From assembly GCF_020740795.1 (NCBI RefSeq), contig NC_067310.1:365940-429939 (forward strand): a DNA stretch of 64,000 nucleotides. The letters are read 5' to 3'. Position 1 is the stretch's first letter, and each line of letters begins with the position of its first letter. The notes below the pieces were generated by a model that saw only the letters and a program-made list of their open reading frames with translations, was not told where the DNA came from and made no database searches. This stretch comes from Apus apus. Taxonomy: Eukaryota. The position numbers and the translations under genes are program-made. Below, piece by piece: positions 61,263-64,000 of the stretch.

Positions 61263-64000
61263 CTAAGGGAAAAAAGCATTCAGGTGGGGCCACCCATTCA
61301 CTCCCCACATATTGTTTATAGTAGTGACTGCACACCTTAACCTTTCATCCCATTTCGAGTCCTGTGGGCGAATAAGGCTTTTAATTAACCCATTAGTGCG
61401 TTCCACTATTCCATTGGCTTGTGGGTAGCATGGGACATGAAATGTCCATTTAATACCTTCCCTCTTAGCCCACTGTTGTACAAGGTGTGAGGTGAAGTGA
61501 GTTCCATTGTCAGACTGGATATTTGTGGGTTTAGGTAGAATTCCAAAGACCTTTTCTAAGAAGCAAATCATGTTTTCACCATTTGCCTTAGAAACAGCTT
61601 TGGCACAGGTCAATCCTGACACCACTTCCACAATCACAATGACATATTGTTTGTTTCCTGATCTTCGGAAGGGACCGATGTGTTCCACCTGCCATGTGGA
61701 CCACAAGGGTTTTCCTTCCCTGATATGCAGAGTGTCAGTTGTTAGGGGATGTTCCCCAAGTCTAATTTTGCAAAGATCACATGAGGAAATAACTGTTTTG
61801 CACTGCTCACGGGTGACAGGCCACCCACGAGCTTGTGCCTTTTTGTCTAGATCAAAGATTCCTGAATGGCCCCTCTTACAGTGAAGCCATTCGAGCAATC
61901 TTTTCCATTCCTGATTTTCTCATTCCGTGATAGCTGATCGGATTTCCTTCACATCAGTCCTAGCTAGCTCATCAACATAGTTATTCCACTTACTGGCTTA
62001 ATCCTTTAGAGCAGCTTGGTGTGAAGGTACCCATCCTACATGAAAATTAGGATTCTTTTTGGCAATTTTCAGAATTTTTTGCCACTTCTCTTTATGCCAG
62101 ACAGGCACTCTGTTAATTTCCCAATTGTTACTTTCCCAGAAAGTAATCCATTCCACACAGCCTTTAAAAACCGCAAAGGAATCTGTGTCAATGTGCACAG
62201 CATCCTTCGAGGCTTTTTCTTTTAGGAAAACATTAAGAACAGCGTCCAATTCTCCCACTTGGGCACTGCCCTTATCTTGGTTTATGATTTGTTTGCCTGT
62301 GGCAGGTTTAACTGCAGCAGATTTGAACAACCAAGTTTTCCCTTCTCTTCGGGATGAAGCATCTGTGAACCAAGCATTAACCATTTCACTTCTATATTCT
62401 GGGGCTTCTTTGATAGGACTGGGAACTGTCATTATCAGATCCTTTTCATTTGTAGATTCAATTTGTTCCTGGATTTTCAATTGTTTATCTGGGCCTTCTT
62501 CAAGTTGGAATAGTCCAGAATAGTACTCAATTTGACTATACCATTTTCTGATTGTACCCTTTCGGGATATTCCTTCTGGAGGGGCCTTTCCAGACAGTAC
62601 TTGGTTAACTACCTTGAAAGGGCCTCGAAGAATTACCTTTTGTTTTTTAATGATCTTGCTGATTTCTTTTAGTGCTGTACACACTGTTAGCAATCCCTTT
62701 TCCAGAACAGAATATTGTTTTTCTGAATCCTTCAATGACTGAGAGTAAAAGCCAATTGGTTGAGTACTCCCAGTAGGTCCCTGTTGCCAAAAATGGTATG
62801 ATAAGGCACTGGCTGAAAACCCCCACTCTATTATTACTGGATCCTCCGGGTGAAGGGGCCCCAGAGTTTGGTATGTCTGCGCCTCCAATAATAACAGTTC
62901 AAGGGCCTCATCATGAGATTGATCCCATTCCCAGTGACGATTTTTCTTTAATAGATCAAAAAGAGGACGTGCTATGATGGATAGGTCTGGGATGTGCTTT
63001 CTCCAATACTGAAGGGTTCCTAGTATTCCTTGTAGTTCTTTCTTATTGGTGGGTGCCTTTATCTCCCCTAAGTAAGATAAAGTATAGGAAGGAATATTCC
63101 AGGTCCTCCCTTTCCATCTTATTCCCAGAAATTTTGCCTCTTGGGATGGAGGTTGCTTTTTCTCTTCAGGGATTTCTATTTACATATCGGTTAGATGCTT
63201 GATGATAGCATCATAAACTGCTTTTACCTCCCCCTCACTCTGGCCCCCTACCAGCACATCATCTATGTATTGATAGACTTTTACCTTGGAATTATTTCTG
63301 ATTTCTGGAATGTTTTCCAGTTCACACGCAAGCGCGTGATGAGCTAGTGTGGGTGAGTGTTTATATCCCTGGGGCAACCTTGTGAAAGTGTACTGCACCC
63401 CATCCCAAGGGAAGGCAAAATACTTCTGGTCCTCAGGATCAATAGGGATTTGGAAGAACATATCCTTTATGTCCAGGGAGGCCAGCACTGGGTGTGCTGC
63501 TTCCTGGATCTCTAACACCAGATCAGCAATGTTAGGTACAGCAGCTGTGAGTGCATCTGTATTGGCCTTCAATTTCCTGTAGTCGACTGTCATTCTCCAT
63601 TTACCATTGGGTTTTCTTACAGGCCACATTGGGGAGTTAAATGGTGAATGACAGGGCACAATAATGCCCTTTTGTTTTAGATCAGAAATGACTTCTTTGA
63701 TGCCTTCCTTAGCAGCAACAGGAATGGAATATTGTTTCATATTTGTGATCCTGCTTTGTGGCAGACGGGGAGCATGTTGTAGCAACCTCAGCTTTAGTGT
63801 GGGTGTGCCAAAATCCCAGTAGCGACCATTCTCATCTCTCCACGCTCGGCCCAAGAGAACATCCATTCCTAACAAATTGTAAGGAATGTCACCCACAATC
63901 ATTTCAGTCCGAATCAGTTCTTCCTCTCCTGGTAGATTTAAAGTGACTTTAGCTGTTTTTTGTAAAGCAGAGTTACCAAATGCTCCACTTACATATATTG
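61263..64000 (-). mobile_element. Distinct, relatively intact ERV pol (protease end, RT, RNase H, integrase); continues beyond the window end
   Basis: Long minus-strand ORFs: 63180-63902 RT (…LDIKDMFFQIPI…YTFTRLPQGYKHSPT…YIDDVLV…), 61998-62888 RNase H (…TDASSRREGK…GELDAVL…), 61263-61898 integrase (HHCC, …VEHIGPF…SDNGTHF…YPQANGIVER…). Confidence 0.75.

Noticed and set aside
1-64000. Prokaryote-style systems (CRISPR arrays, operons, defence islands), rRNA and tRNA genes
   Set aside because: The sequence is clearly vertebrate: spliced genes with GT/AG introns, CR1 LINEs, retroviral pol and microsatellites. I saw no direct-repeat/spacer arrays and no tRNA- or rRNA-like sequence.

Overview
Vertebrate nuclear DNA, most likely avian: it is GC-rich and full of CR1 LINE fragments and endogenous-retrovirus (ERV) pieces. 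It is not prokaryotic, so no CRISPR, operons, rRNA or tRNA were seen. The window is an ampliconic, partly palindromic cluster of interferon-inducible guanylate-binding protein (GBP) genes. I reconstructed three complete GBP paralogs, each with 10 coding exons, GT/AG introns and a consistent 1839-nt spliced ORF. Copy 1 is at 7866-11929 (+), copy 2 at 26432-30491 (+) and copy 3 at 48654-52714 (-). There is also a 5'-truncated GBP fragment at 42894-43930 (-). A conserved ~0.9-kb promoter block ('a') starts right at the window edge, which implies a fifth GBP copy on the minus strand just left of position 1. Every copy has the same upstream block carrying a canonical ISRE (GAAAGTGAAAG) and GAS (TTCCCGGAA) pair, followed by a putative non-coding exon 1. 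Two inverted copies of a CCDC81-like (HU-domain) gene are interleaved with the GBP genes: 2812-4843 (+), and 19620-21652 (-), which carries a frameshift. Copies 1 and 2 lie in an 18.57-kb direct repeat. Copies 2 and 3 are the arms of an ~11-kb near-identical palindrome around a ~9-kb spacer that holds ERV LTR/pol debris, CR1 and the GBP fragment. Downstream of each GBP gene sits the same degraded ERV provirus with a nested CR1 insertion, so the amplified unit is promoter + GBP + ERV/CR1. Several repeat breakpoints fall inside CR1 copies. The 3' end of the window (61263-64000, -) carries a separate, much more intact ERV pol. All coordinates are hand-derived from the sequence and exon ends may be off by 1-2 bp. 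Scattered CR1 3'-end pieces (for example 5035-5290, 19175-19430, 42000-42120, 59400-59480) and a few weak ERV fragments were left out of the feature list.
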